Part shown: in pieces, positions 1 through 13,415 of the stretch
Layout of the letters: each line of letters begins with the position of its first letter
How positions within the stretch are numbered: the first letter of the stretch is position 1
Assembly: GCA_964016885.1 (NCBI GenBank)
Contig: OZ024740.1
Coordinates: forward strand, 179,242,001 to 179,306,000
Reading direction: 5' to 3'
DNA length: 64,000 nucleotides
DNA from: Eledone cirrhosa
Taxonomy: Eukaryota
Notes under the pieces: model-generated
What the model was told of the DNA's origin: nothing
What the model saw: the letters and a program-made list of their open reading frames with translations, nothing else
Database searches by the model: none
Program-made: the position numbers and the translations under genes

Positions 1-1736
1 GCAGCAGCAACACCAACAACAACCACAGCAACAGCGGCGAAGGCAGTAGTCGTAGTACCTGCAGCAACAACAAAAGTAACAGCAGCTCTGACGACAACAA
101 CAACAACAGCAGCAAAGAAAAACCAATCTCATTTGCAGGTATTGCGAAAAACTTGGAAACAATCCTCATAACAAATGAGGAATTAGAGGAAGCGAAGAAG
201 ATGGTGACAATGAATGGACACCGAGCAATCTGCAAGGCAGTGGAACATTTTTTCGAAACCCAACAGCACTGTACGGTCACGTACCGTACAGTAAGTACAA
301 AATCCCGTAGGGTGGAAAGAGCCACAGAGGCCCAAATACAAAAAGCCTTGGGGTCTGTGTGGCAGCGGAAAACGCACACCACCCGAGGCAAAAAATATGC
401 CACCGTAGACGTACTTTTTGCCACACCCCAGGAGGCAAAGGCCCAATCCGTAGTGACCCTAAGGAGCGAGGAAATGGTGTTGGTGCCCTTCTACTGCGGG
501 CAAAACATTGTGAGGGTCAAACTGACCCACGTCCCCCCCCGGAATGGCCCCTTCTTGGCTGGCCGCGTCTGTCCTCGTCGGAATCGAGGACAAAACAACT
601 GTACTGCAAGTACAGAAAAAAGTAAGAAAAGATTGGGTCGGCACCTCCATTGAGATGCTAATCCAAACCAACCAGGAGTGCATCGAAGCTATCCCGGATG
701 TGATAGACTTCGATAACGGCACTCAACTGCCCATAAGTGTTGAAGGCAAACGCCCGAAATGCTTTCGCTGTGGATCGAAGACTCACCTCAGGGCCTTCTG
801 CAACGAGAAGACCCTGAGAAAGGAGAAAACCCCCCTCCTTCCGAATCCGGCTCCACGGCTACCAGCAACAGGACAAGCGGCAACCAGGAACGATAGGTCC
901 GTGGCACCCATACCCACGCCACGGAAATCAAAACCAGCAGCAGCAGTGGAAATATTAACAACAACAACAGCAATACCAAATGCAGCTGCAACAGAGACTC
1001 CAGTGCAAACATCACCAACAACAACACGTGAAAGAGTGGAGCTGGTACCACTCCCCGACCTCACAGAATCAGGGAGTGTGAGGTGGGAGAGGGATGGCAA
1101 AAGGTCGTAAAAAGGCACAAACGCAGAAGCAGCGCATCGTCGCCTTTGAAAAGGGAGGAAAGAAATGAAAAAAGGGTAAAGGCTACTGCAAAGAGATTCA
1201 CAGCAGCAACACCACCAACACCATCACCACCCACACTAGCACCACCATCACCACCGGCGACAACCCCACCGCCAACAACACCTTCAACACCACCACCACA
1301 AGCACCAACATCGCAAACACAACAACAAAACACACACACCCAGCAACAACGACAAGAATATAGCAGAACCACACCCCACCCCCAGAAAAACAAATGCACG
1401 GCAATAAATACACACAACAAGAAACTAATGACTTACATAATTGAACACACAGACATTTCACAACAGGACTACATAATACCAGCACCAATCAAAACGCCAA
1501 CTAACATAAGACTGCTAAAAATAGCACAGAAACAATACACAAACATTAAAACGAAATTCCCCAACGCAGTTGGTGATTTCAGGGACCTAGGAGGAACCAT
1601 CAATCGAAGAGTATATTCAGACATTCTCTTAGAAGAGCCGACGACCAGCCGAAGGGACGATTCAACGGTCCCTTCACCAGACGATCAAGTGAAAAGGGAT
1701 GTAAAAACCATCCCTCCTCTACCAAAAGTACGGTAA
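1..1736 (+). pseudogene. Tx1-like ORF1 (gag-like, zinc knuckle), frameshifted
   Basis: Overlapping ORFs 153-653, 544-1110 and 1083-1736 join into one protein. It has SFAGIAK near 129, CFRCGSKTHLRAFC (CX2CX4HX4C) at about 760-801, and Pro/Thr-rich linkers. One frameshift is at the C-run near 533-540. Confidence 0.85.
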
Positions 1737-1771
1737 GTGGTCTTTCCCATCTTTTCCACTCTATTTTAAAC

Positions 1772-4675
1772 ATGACCTCACTCAGAATAGGCAGCATAAA
1801 TGCGCGTGGCTTGGGGTCGTCATGGAAGCAGGGTCACCTGCTCAACGACCTCAGGTCACTAAACATAGATGTAGTGGCCATCAGCGAGACCAGAATCTCC
1901 GAAGCACGGGCCTTCGCACCGATCTTCGGCGGCTACGATGTGTACGCATCTCCCAGCCGTCCTGGATCGGGTGGAGGAGTTGCTGTGCTTTTTCGGAGAG
2001 GTTTGGATCTCGCCATACGGGCCATCTTCCTGGACCCAGAGGGTAAGCTGGTGGTGCTGGACGTGACCAGCGGAGACGGGCAAGCTTTCAGGCTAGTGGC
2101 CGTCTATGCCCCGACAGGAGCAGGGCGGCCTGATTTCTTCCGGCGTCTGGAGCCTCACCAACCTGCTCAGGCGTTTTGAACTGTCTGACAGGTACCGATT
2201 GGATTTCCCGAATGTGCCAATGTGGACTTGGACAAATCGCATAGGGTCATCCAGATCATATCTAGATAGAGTATTTTGTAGGGAAATAGATAGGTCTAGC
2301 ATAGGCTGTCCACAATTCAAGATAGTCAGCTACACTGACCACAAATTCGTGATCTGTGTGCTTGACTTAGATAGGCTTCATAGACGAGGACCCGGCTACT
2401 GGAAGCTAAACGCGTCCTTACCAGCGCGCAAGGCCTACAGAGACCGGATTAGCGAACTAGTTAAGCGGGCGTTGACGGGGGCCATCGTCAACAACAAGTG
2501 GTGGTTTGCTCTGAAAAGAGTGATTAGAATAGAATCGATTAGGTTTAGTAAGGCTTTAGCAATAGAGAAAAATAGAGCAGAGGGAGAACTAGTTAGAAAA
2601 TTAGACGAGGCGCTTAGCAAAGGCATCGCGACCGACGTGCTTGCGGCGAAATTGGCCCTTGACCAACTCTTCAATGCAAAGCACGAAGGCTGCGTTGTCA
2701 GAGCAAGGGTACGTGCTCTCAGACACGAGGGGACGAAAGCCGTTCAATGGGCCCGAGTTGCGGAGGGGCGTCGTGGCAACAAAGCCACGATCTGGTCTTT
2801 GGTGGACCACGACGGGCGCATGCTACTCGATCCCGGGCAAATGTGTGAAGCTTTTCAGCGACACTTCGATCAGCTGTTCGGGGGCAGCGGTGGGCCGGGT
2901 AGAGGGATGGACTTTAGTGTCTACCTCGACGGACTGCCGCGGCTCTCGGCCACTGAGGCGAAGTGTTGCGAAAAGCCGATAACAGCCGCATTGTAAGGGA
3001 GGCAATGACTGGCTGCACAAGGGGTAAATCGCCTGGTTTGGATGGTCTGCCCTATGAACTTTACGTACAGATGCCAGACTTGTTCGGAGGCCTCTTGTCG
3101 GACGTCTACTGCAACTGGCAACAGAACGGGAGAATTCCCAGTTCTGTGAGCCAAGGAGTGGTGGCACTGCTGAGAAAGGATCCTAACAAGGGGGATAACA
3201 TAGATAATTTCAGCCCCATAACTCTGCTAAACACAGAGTTCAAGATTTTGGCCAAGGTGCTAGCAAAGAGGTTGGCGCTTGTCGTTGGTGGTCTGGTGGG
3301 AGAGGCACAGACATGCGCCATTCCCGACAGATCCATCCACGACAACCTCCACCTCATGCGATACATCATAGAGAGGGTAGCTAAGGAACCTGGCACGGGT
3401 GGGTCCTTGATCAATTTAGATCAGTCGAAAGCTTTCGATAGGGTCGACCATCGTTACCTAGCGGCAGTCCTGAGGGCGGCTGGTTTTGGGCCCGTCTTCA
3501 GAGGCTGGATCGCTGCCATGCACTGCGACATCTGCTCTGTGGTGAGAGTGAACGGTCACCTGTCGGAACCGTTCAACATCATGCGCTCGGTCCGCCAAGG
3601 ATGTCCCCTCTCGTCCCTCTTGTACGTATTGACTCTCGAGCCATTACTGCACAAACTGGAGACGTTGAGGGGAGTCCCGCGCGAACTAGGATGCGGAAGA
3701 TCCGTGTCAGCATATGCGGACGATGTCACCGTAGTGGTGTCGAACGCCAAACACATCGAGGCGATCGGCACTACACTAAGAGAATACGAAGCGGTGACAG
3801 GAGCAATGATCAACCAGGAAAAGTCAGTGGGCCTGCAGCTCGGCACCTGGAGAGGCAGGTCCATGCCGTCCAACAGCGTCGTCGGACGCTGGACGGACGG
3901 ACCGGTTAAATTGCTAGGGGTCTGGTTCGGTCCGGACCTCCAGACGGACAAAAACTGGGACGAGGTGACGAGCAGGGTGGCTTCTCTCACCCAGAAATGG
4001 GCGGAGAGAAAGCTATCCCTGAAAGGTCGAGCGGAGGTGGCTAACGCGTACATCGCGTCTGTCATCTGCTACCGCCTGACCGTCGTACCTTGTCCTAAGC
4101 CTCGCCTGACTGTGCTGGAGCGTTTGCTCTTTCGCTTTTTGTGGAAGGGACGTGCTCCGATGGTCAGGCGGTCCATCTGTTGTCAACACCCGCTACGTGG
4201 AGGGCTGGGCATGCCGTGGCTGATGATGCGCAGGCACGCGCTAAGGCTACGACATCTCCACCTCTTCCTCGACGGTGATCAGGTGTCGTCGCCGTTTGCT
4301 AGACACGTATTTCCCCAGCTCGTTTCCTTGACGGAGCTGCAGTCCTGGGTCAAGCGAAGACCGAGAGGGAGCGCCTGGAGACTGGAATGTCTTCAGGCGC
4401 TCACAGCCCTCGACCAATCGGGCAATGTGATCGGTGGAAACTCCACCTCGGCGTTCTATAGAGGATTAGTGGAGGGGAAGAGCGACGACGTACTTGGGGA
4501 AACTCTAGGCGTCGACGAAAATCAACTAGCCAATCTCTTCGGAAGAACTTTCGGGCCAGGGCCTATGGACAACTTCCAGAAATCTCTGGCCTGGCAGTGC
4601 TACCGAGGAGCCTTGCCAGTTCGGGATAAACTCTACAGGCATGGATGTCTACTCTACAGGCATGGATGTCCTTAA
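1772..4675 (+). pseudogene. Tx1-like ORF2: AP endonuclease + reverse transcriptase, disrupted
   Basis: APE motifs: SINARGL, AISET, VYAP, SYLDRVF, TDHK. RT motifs: KSPGLDGLPYE, PITLLNTEFKILAK, LDQSKAFDRVDH, VRQGCPLS, AYADD. Frameshifts near 2150 and 2995; the GDxN segment and C-terminal zinc-binding region are missing. Confidence 0.93.
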
Positions 4676-4713
4676 TGTCTACTTTATGTAAACCCTTGTG
4701 GTTAATAAAGAAA

Positions 4714-4835
<122 letters not shown>

Positions 4836-4859
4836 AAGTATAAGAAAGTAATTCCATAG

Positions 4860-5440
4860 AATCATTTGATAAAATATATACAGTATTTCTCCTCCCAATC
4901 AGCATAATCAATACCATAAAAAAGTCAATTAAACGAGGTTATAATTTGAAAATGTACCTATGAAGAAACAATAGATAAATAAATTATAGCTATTTTATCC
5001 GTGATCCACAGCCACAGAATATTTACCTAGTATTTCTTATAGACCGTAGAAATTGACTAGATATATAGCTAACCATACACAATTAGGTACAAAATCAAAG
5101 TTAGAAGAAAAAATGTACATAAACATACTACAATTATGTTTCTACCCTATGAGGTTTCATTCGCTTTTTGGAAATATCCGAACTTGGATAAATCAACGAG
5201 TTTCGAAATCCTCAGGAAACAAACTCAATTGGACAAAGATTTTTCTTAAATGATCCCCGCCAGAAACGAATTCAAAATAGCTAAGATTTGTCACATGGCC
5301 AGTGGTCAAGTCAGAAAGTTGGTGATTGGTGCCTGCCGGCGAGTAGGCTGGTTGCTAGAAAGCACAGCCGAATACTGACTGAAGCTTTACTCAACCTTAC
5401 GGGAGTATATAAAATATATAGAGGTTTACATATACATAAA
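4860..5440 (+). repeat. Unclassified dispersed repeat, homologous to 13681-14402
   Basis: Colinear blocks, e.g. ctcaaccttacgggag...aggtttacatatacata and tggtcaagt, occur in both copies. Confidence 0.6.
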
Positions 5441-5449
5441 CTAGACAGA

Positions 5450-5514
<65 letters not shown>

Positions 5515-5579
5515 TTTTGGCAACCATTTGGCAACTATTATATATATTTACTAATATATATATATATCTATCTATCTAT

Positions 5580-5750
5580 CTAAGGCGGGTAAAATTCCCG
5601 AGATCCATGGACGAGTTCTCGCCAGCGGTCTCTGTCCCTCATTATCGCTGCCATATCCTGCATCTCCAACAGACCAGTGTCTGTCCTTAGGGCATCAACA
5701 TATGTTAACCTTGGTCTTCCTCTTCTAGTGTGTCCATATAGGGGCTCCCA
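5580..5750 (-). mobile_element. 5'-truncated RTE-clade LINE 3' end
   Basis: The minus strand reads WEPLYGHTRRGRPRLTYVDALRTDTGLLEMQDMAAIMRDRDRWRELV...stop, a typical RTE C-terminus. It is flanked on both sides by (TCTA)n. Confidence 0.8.
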
Positions 5751-5781
<31 letters not shown>

Positions 5782-5978
5782 ATATTGTTATACTTTGGGA
5801 GAGTCATGTTGCCAATAAGAAACACACGCACCAGCTGCTTTTACTTCAATTTATTATAATAAATTGAAGTAAAAGCAGCTGGTGCTTGTGTTTCTTATTG
5901 GCAACATGACCCTCCCAAAGTATAACAATATCGGTTTCAACACACGTTTTCAGATAAAGAATCTTGCTAAACAAATTC

Positions 5979-6052
<74 letters not shown>

Positions 6053-6059
6053 ATACATA

Positions 6060-6350
6060 TATATTAGTTAAAAGGAAAAAAAATGCTGACAAACGTTTCC
6101 CAGTGAAAAATAGTTTAATCAGGAATAAGTATAAATTAGTAATAAGTATTAGTTAGTATTCAGTTTTAGTTGACGAGCGCTCTATCTCAAAATTGTTTTT
6201 GAAAAGCATTAGAAATGCGCAACCGGTAAACGCTTAAAAATAAAACTGAATACTAACTAATAATTATTACTAATTTATACTTATTCCTAATTAAACTATT
6301 TTTCACTGGGAAAAATTTGTCAGCATTTTCTTTTCCTTTTTACTAATATA
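6060..6350. repeat. Palindromic (fold-back) element, arms about 110 bp
   Basis: 6060-6168 is the reverse complement of 6241-6350 with few mismatches; it abuts (TA)n. Confidence 0.9.
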
Positions 6351-6354
6351 TCAC

Positions 6355-9300
6355 AACTCTATTTTTTAAATATATATATATACACACACCCATGCATACA
6401 TCCACATATAAACATACACACACATATTATATATATACATACATATACATACACAGACACATACATATATACGCACACACATATACACACATATATATAT
6501 ACACACATACACACATATATATATATATATATACACATACACACACACACACATATATATATATCTCACAAATTCGCACGTGCATACCTACACATATATA
6601 TATACACACACACATATAAACATGTACATATATATAAAAAACACATCTATACATACATATATATACACACATCTACTCAATTGTTCATATATACATTGGT
6701 GTGGGGAAGGGGAAATTAATGAAATGTTATTGTACCACTGAGGGTTTTTCTTCTCTTCAGCGATCGAATGTTTGAAAGTAAGGGTGTCATCAACTATTTT
6801 TCTTTATCAATATGAGATTTTTTTAAAGAAAAGAGAGGGGGAGAATCCCGTTAATTGAAGATGGAATATCACTTTCTTGTGTTTAGTAGTGGTTTGTATT
6901 TGCAAATAAAGAATTCTGCTTTATATTTTCGGAAATCTTCGTTGTTCGACCATATCTTAAAGAAGGGGAAAATTGGGAAATTTTTCTTTCCGCATGTTGC
7001 GAAGTGTTCACTGCATGTGGCGTTTCTGACAGAGGGGTCTCTAATTTCTTGTTTATGTACTCGAACTCTGTCATGTAGACCCGTTCCGGTTTCACCAATG
7101 TAGTATTCTCTACATTGTGAGCAGGTTGCACAGTAAATCAAATTTTTTGTTTTGCAAAATTCATGTTTGCATTAACTGTGAAAGACTGGTTGTTTTTAAA
7201 GGAGATTTGTCCACCCTCTTCAATGTGTTCGCAAGTTCCGCATCGGGGGTCCCCGCATTTCTTAACTTGCATTGCTTGATTATTAGGCATACATTCTGCC
7301 TTGGATAGAAGTTTCTTTAGGTTGGGTGCTTGGCGTCTACTATATATAATTCGTGCGTCTTTTATGAGTGCATTCATTTCAGAGGACTGCTGGAGAATCG
7401 GGAGATATTGTTTGGCGGCTTTCACAATGTTGAAGTTCCTTGGATTGTGAGTGATGACAAAAGGGATAACTGTTTTTTCCATTCTATTTTGTTGCTTTGT
7501 TTTTCTCAGTGTTGTCACTGGTTGTTCTGGGCTTTGGAGATGGCTGTGTTGATGAGGTTCACCGGATATTCTTGTCTTTTAAGGAACTCTTTTAATTCAT
7601 ATAATCTTTTTTCCTGTAGTGTGGGGTGTGTTACTATGGTGCAGATGCGTGTTGCCATGTTAAAAGGAATGTTCCTTTTGGTATGTGATGGGTGTGCTGA
7701 ACGGAAATTCAAGTATTGGTGTGTGTCTGATGGTTTGTAAAATAATCCGTTTTGATATTTTCCCCTTCCTTAATGATAAGGATATCCAAATACGGTAGTT
7801 CCTTTTTATTACATTCCATGCTGAATTTTATTTCTTCGTGAAGATTGTTTATGATGGAATGGAATCTTTGCAGGTCTTCTTGGCTTCTATTCCAGAAGAT
7901 GAAGCAGTCGTCTAGGTAGCTTTTCCAGTTGACTGAATGTTTCCTGCAGTTTGGAATGTAATTTTGCCTCCAGGTGGCCCATAACGAGTATTGCATGTAT
8001 TGGGGCCAATTTGGTGCCCATAACCGTTCCTTTTATTTGTAAATATAGTTCGTTATCAACAAGGAAGTGGTTGTTCTCCAGTACTAGTTTGAGTCGTTTC
8101 AAAATAACATTTTTGGGGAATCTCTCTGAAATGTAGTCTGGGTGTTTTGTAATCCAGAAGTCAACAGCTTCAACTCCCAAGTTGTGTGGGATGTTAGTAT
8201 ATAAGCTTGTTACGCCAAAGCTGACTAAGATTGTTTCTTGGTGTACTTTCTGGGGGATATAATTCAGGAATTCCATATCATCTATGATGAAGCTTGGCAC
8301 TTTTTTACATAAGGGTTTCAGTATGATGTCTAATAGGTTGCTTAGGCGTTGTGTGCTTGAGGCTGGACCAGCAATTGGGCGTAATTTTAAATCTGTCGGT
8401 TTTGGTACTTCAACATTCTATGTTTTTTTTGGATTTCTCTGGATTTGTGAACCTTCAGTAGACCATAGAAATTGCTGGTTTTCATTTCGAAGTTGGGTAA
8501 GTAATTGATTTCTTTTAGTGTGAGGTTGTTTTGGTACTTGGTTTGTCAGTTTGCCTACTTTAATCATCGATTTTCTTTCTTCGTTTTTGCTGATTTTTCA
8601 GTAAAAATCCTCGTTATTCAACTGTTCTAGGACCATATCCTTGTAGTAGTTTTTGTCCATGATGATGATTGCACCTTTGTCCGCTTCTTTTATGATTATT
8701 GAGGAGTCTTTTTATAGTTTGTTTAGTGTTTGCAGTTGGTCTGTAGGGATGTTGTGTTTGTGTTTCGTCTCTGCAATATTCCACTGCGGATCGTCGTGGG
8801 TAGGTTAGGTAATCCTCCAGGTGTTTGTTTCTATTTAACGGAGGCCTGAAGTTCTTTTTGTTTCTTACTAGTGATTCCTCCTCGTCTTCTACACCCTGGA
8901 AGAATTCTCCTAGACGTAATGTTTGACAAAATCTTCTGTGTCTTTTATAACGTCGAGTTGATCTGCTTGAAGGGTGGTGTTTGTTTCTTTTTTCCATTTG
9001 AGGTAGCGGTGTTTCTGTTGTGGTGAAATGCTCTGTTTGCTGGCATTTCATGTTGATAATTTTCTGAACGGTAGTATTTTGTTTGGATATATGGGGGTAG
9101 TATTATGTTTGGATATATGGGGGTCTAGTTCTTCTGTTCGGTCATCATATGTCTTTGATTTTGCCGCTGGTATTTGTTCTTGGGGTTTTGATAGTAGTTG
9201 TATCTGGTTCTGGTGTTCAGTATTTGGTTTGTGTATAATTGTGTGTTTAGGATTCTCCGATTTCTGGTTGATGTTTGTTTATTGTGTGAGAATTCTTAAT

Positions 9301-10230
9301 TTCTTGTGTTTTTGTATATACCCGAATTTGAGGGTTTCTTATGGGTTTGTTTTGGGGATTTTATTTGGACTTTCCCATAGTTCTTTCATATTCTTGTAGC
9401 CATTGTGTTCTTGACTCCCAAATTTTCATTGCTTTCAATTCCTCTCTGGTTGTATCATTATTCCAAAGGCCAAAGTTTTAAGTTTTTCTCGTACATTACC
9501 GATGTTTCTTTTGTTTATTTCTTCACTAACTAATGGTGTTGTCACATTTTTCGAAATTTTCTTTAAATTTTGGCACTCTTAGACGGAGTAGAGTGATTTC
9601 TGTCTCAAGTTTCTGGAGTGCTAGATTTTGTCTTATTTTGGTTTCTTCATTTGGTTCTGATGTTATTTCTTTAATCCGGAATTTTCTCGGGAGGATGACT
9701 TGTTCTTTACATCGCCATATCTCATATGTGTCCGCTAGGTTTTCACTCCTCAAGGCTTTCCAGTCTGCCTGTTTTCTTTGGCTTAGTATTTGGTTCCAAA
9801 TATTTTTCATTTGGTTTCTTTTTTTGAAAGATTCTTTTTCCAGATTCAGTTCATTCCATTCTTTGAACGCATTTTGAACGTTGAAATTCTGGTCGTGTGT
9901 AACTATTTCAGAGGGTGAGATTTATTCTTGTATCTGGCGGTCTGCAATTAAGGAATAGAGTTTCTCCCTATAGTTGCGTGTTTGTTGTTCTATTTCATAT
10001 ACGGCATTAGTACGAGAGTCGTACTTATTATTATGGAGAGTTTTTCTGAGATTTCCTATAATATTGTCTCTCATTTGAGGGATTCAGTATCAGATTTTGA
10101 ACGTGTGTTAGCCATTCTGTCGTGTAGAAGGTGGTAGAATATTGGAAAATGTGTGAGATCCTTGGTACAGTTAGGTATATTTCAAAAAAAGGAAAAGCAT
10201 GACTTCACTTGTAGTGTTAAATAATTTAAT
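6355..10230 (-). mobile_element. Penelope-like element (Neptune-type architecture), copy A, heavily decayed
   Basis: ATG at 10115; N-terminal region colinear with copy B. RT motifs SLYTNIPH, GTVMGTKLAP, YLDDCF, LPYLDILI; linker CGDPRCGTC; GIY-YIG IYCATC...YYIGET...HKQEI, ending at 6869. Many stops, frameshifts and deletions. Confidence 0.93.
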
Positions 10231-10752
10231 TTTATAATATTATAATATTATGAGTTGGTAGATATATATATATATATAAGAAATATATATATAGAGAGAG
10301 AGAGAGAGGGAGAGGGAGAGAGGGGGAGAGATAGAGAGAGAGAGTGTGTGTGTGTGTGCGCGCGGACATTCAAAACACGCACACTCATGCACGCACACAA
10401 ACACACATATATGTAGAAACCAAGCCAGAAACAGTTCTGTATGAGCAAGACACGGCCCTCTGAACTGACTTGTTTCACAATTCGTTTAACCCATGCCAGG
10501 CTGGAAATTGACGTTAGAAAAGTAAACACTATATATATGTATTGAATGCTTTTTCATTTAATGTACGAGTATTTTACAGTATGCCTATACATAAAACACG
10601 TACACACATAGACGCACACACACACACACACACACACGCACAAACACACACACAAACACAACACACACACATACACAAATGTATTATATATACAGGGCGT
10701 CCCAAAAATATATACACAAAAATATAATTAATTTTTCCATTAACATTATAAG

Positions 10753-10837
10753 GGTATGACTAGCCGCGGATTACAGAGTCGGGTCAGATCGATACAGATC
10801 GAACCTTGAGCTGATCAGTGGCGAAACGCGCGTCACC
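10753..10837 (+). ncRNA. Degenerate minimal type I hammerhead ribozyme with long stem II (PLE pLTR remnant)
   Basis: ggt-ATGACTA-gccgc...gtggc-GAAAC-gcgc-GTC-acc, followed by AATAAA. The core differs from CUGANGA at two positions. Confidence 0.6.
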
Positions 10838-11116
10838 AACCAATAAACGTAATGAAGGAGTAACCAATTGTCCTTGTTATCCTATTTCACTATAATACAC
10901 TCTGTCTAGCTCTACACCTCGACACTGAAGTGAACCTAAACATCGAGTGCTCACCCGGTGAACCTACAGTAACTCCAAGTTACACTCCCTGTATATATAT
11001 ATTAATTTATATATTAATATATATATATATATATATACTATATATATATATATATATACAATATATATATACAATATATATATATATATATATATACAAT
11101 ATATATATATATATGT

Positions 11117-11184
<68 letters not shown>

Positions 11185-11616
11185 TAATGTAAACAGTGTC
11201 GAACATATTAAATTATTGTGTTTTAAAATTAATATCACAATAATCAAGAATGATTAAATTAACATTTTACTAAATTGTTTCTGTTCAGAGAGAAACAGTT
11301 AATTTTATTTTTCATATATTTGTTGTTGGTTTTTTATCTCTATATTTTTAAAACAGTGTTTGTTGTGTATTGTTTTTTTTGTATAACGTTCTCGTTTTTG
11401 TTTTTTTAATTTCCTTCTTGTTTGTTACACCGCATCCGTCTTACGATTTTCTTATTTTCCTTCTTATATTCTTCTTTTTTTCCTTATTCTATTTCTTCTT
11501 CTTTTATGTATATATTTTTTCATGTAGTTATTGTTGATATTCTTTTCTTTGCCGTTTTGTATTTTCGTTCGTCCCTTGCTGTCGTCGTCAACGTCGATAG
11601 TTTGTTGTTGCTGCTG

Positions 11617-11801
11617 CTTCTTCTTCTTCTTCTTCTTCTTCTTCTTCTTCTTCTTCTTCTTCTTCTTCTTCTTCTTCTTCTTCTTCTTCTTCTTCTTCTT
11701 CTTCTTCTTCTTCTTCTTCTTCTTCTTCTTCTTCTTCTTCTTCTTCTTCTTCTCACATATACTGCTTTCGCCTTTTTCTTGAATTTTAATTTTGTTATCG
11801 T

Positions 11802-11878
<77 letters not shown>
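11617..11878. repeat. (CTT)n and (CTA)n microsatellites
   Basis: Pure tracts at about 11617-11752 and 11802-11878. Confidence 0.97.
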
Positions 11879-11879
<1 letters not shown>

Positions 11880-12883
11880 CCACCTTCCTTTTCGCTTCTC
11901 CTATCCCTGCCTCTTTTCTACCATCATATCCTCATCATCATCTTCAACAAAATCATCACCATCATCATCTTCTTTATTTTCTTTGTTTCCTCTTTGTCCT
12001 CTTCCCTTCTTCGTAATTACAATATATTGCCCTTGTCCCTGCTATGTCTGTATTGATATTTTTGTAGTCATATTAAATTTTAATTAATTTATAAATTCTT
12101 CTGTTGGCAGAGAGTATATAAAGTTAATACTTTATTGCTTATTTGTTTCTCGTACATTTTCATTGGTTGATGCAACTAAAAGCTTATGACGTCACATGTC
12201 ATTACTCAGTACGCTCTGTTTATTGGTGCAAATATATCGACGAAAAACAAAACAAAACAAATAATAAAACATAACAAAAACCTCTGTCCTTTTACACCCA
12301 AAATCTTATTGTATTATTAAATATTTGTTAAATTAGCTGTATGATAATATCTACTGCCTACCATTATTATCTTATTATTATTTTGTTGATTAATAAATAA
12401 AACATTATATAGTTTGTATTGTTATGTTATAATGTAGTTATTTTGATAACTCTATTAATTTTAAGAAAGAGAAGCGCCGACGATATGATGTAATTGATAT
12501 TGATAATTGGACTATCGTTAAAGATGATGGCTCGTATCTTGTCGCTGGTAATGTTCATCTCCCTAACAGCAGCAGTAGAGAAAATAATATTAAACAAAAG
12601 TAAAATGTCATCGGAAAAAGAACATTTTCGAAGGGTCATAATGGCGTTGAGCCTTAGTGAGCCTTACCAAATTAAAGTATTCGAAATAATTCGCTATTCA
12701 TGAAATATTGAGAAACAATGGATTTCGAAATTTCTCAGAATCTGTATCTTATAATATATTTATGGAAGTGTTGCTTTATTTACTTTACATATATTTATAT
12801 TTAATGAATTACAGGAGGAGCAGCTGTTTTCTTAGATGAATTGAATTATGAAGATGAAGCTAGTAGTAGTAGATTTGCGTATA

Positions 12884-12947
<64 letters not shown>

Positions 12948-13214
12948 TAGTGAGAGTCGCGGAGAGGTGGGCGGTAAAGGCACATTTTGAGTGAAAACAT
13001 CGAGTCAGTTAGTTATAAAGTGAAAAAATGAAAGAAAGATTAAGTGAGTATTTTATATACGTCAGCTGAAAATAAAATATGTAGGTTGAAAACTTCGATA
13101 AACACACGTATATCTAAATCAATGTACCTATAACTTCCCACACAAATACACACAAACACATACTCTCACATATATACACACAAACTCAGTTATATATATA
13201 TATATGTTTGTAAA

Positions 13215-13410
13215 AAGGTAAACAGATGTAACAACGCAGTCAGTAGAGTATATCGAAGGGATATATTAGGTTAACGTTTGATATATCAGGAAGACGGTTT
13301 TAACGTTTCGGACGCTAGTCCTTCACCAGAAGAAAGAATGAGAAATAAGATAGATTGAGGGGACGGGCGGGATAGGAATTGGAAAAAAATGTCTTTAGAT
13401 GAAAATAATA
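13215..13410 (-). mobile_element. PLE pLTR-like unit with minimal hammerhead (same family as 48127-48857)
   Basis: Reverse complement of the 48.1/48.7 kb repeat. The minus strand has tctt-CTGGTGA-a-ggac-tagc-gtcc-GAAACGTT at about 13297-13333. Confidence 0.75.
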
Positions 13411-13415
13411 TATAT

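Noticed and set aside
5288-6672. Many ORFs rich in YIYIYI, CVCV, HTHT or LSLS here and throughout the window
   Set aside because: They are translations of microsatellites that lack stop codons in some frames.
10691-10710. TACAGGGCGTCCCAAAA resembling a Tc1/mariner TIR
   Set aside because: Only a 7-bp partner at 10987-10993 and no transposase.
11422-12087. 221-aa hydrophobic ORF and overlapping poly-K/R/F ORFs
   Set aside because: Produced by (CTT)n and (CTA)n tracts.
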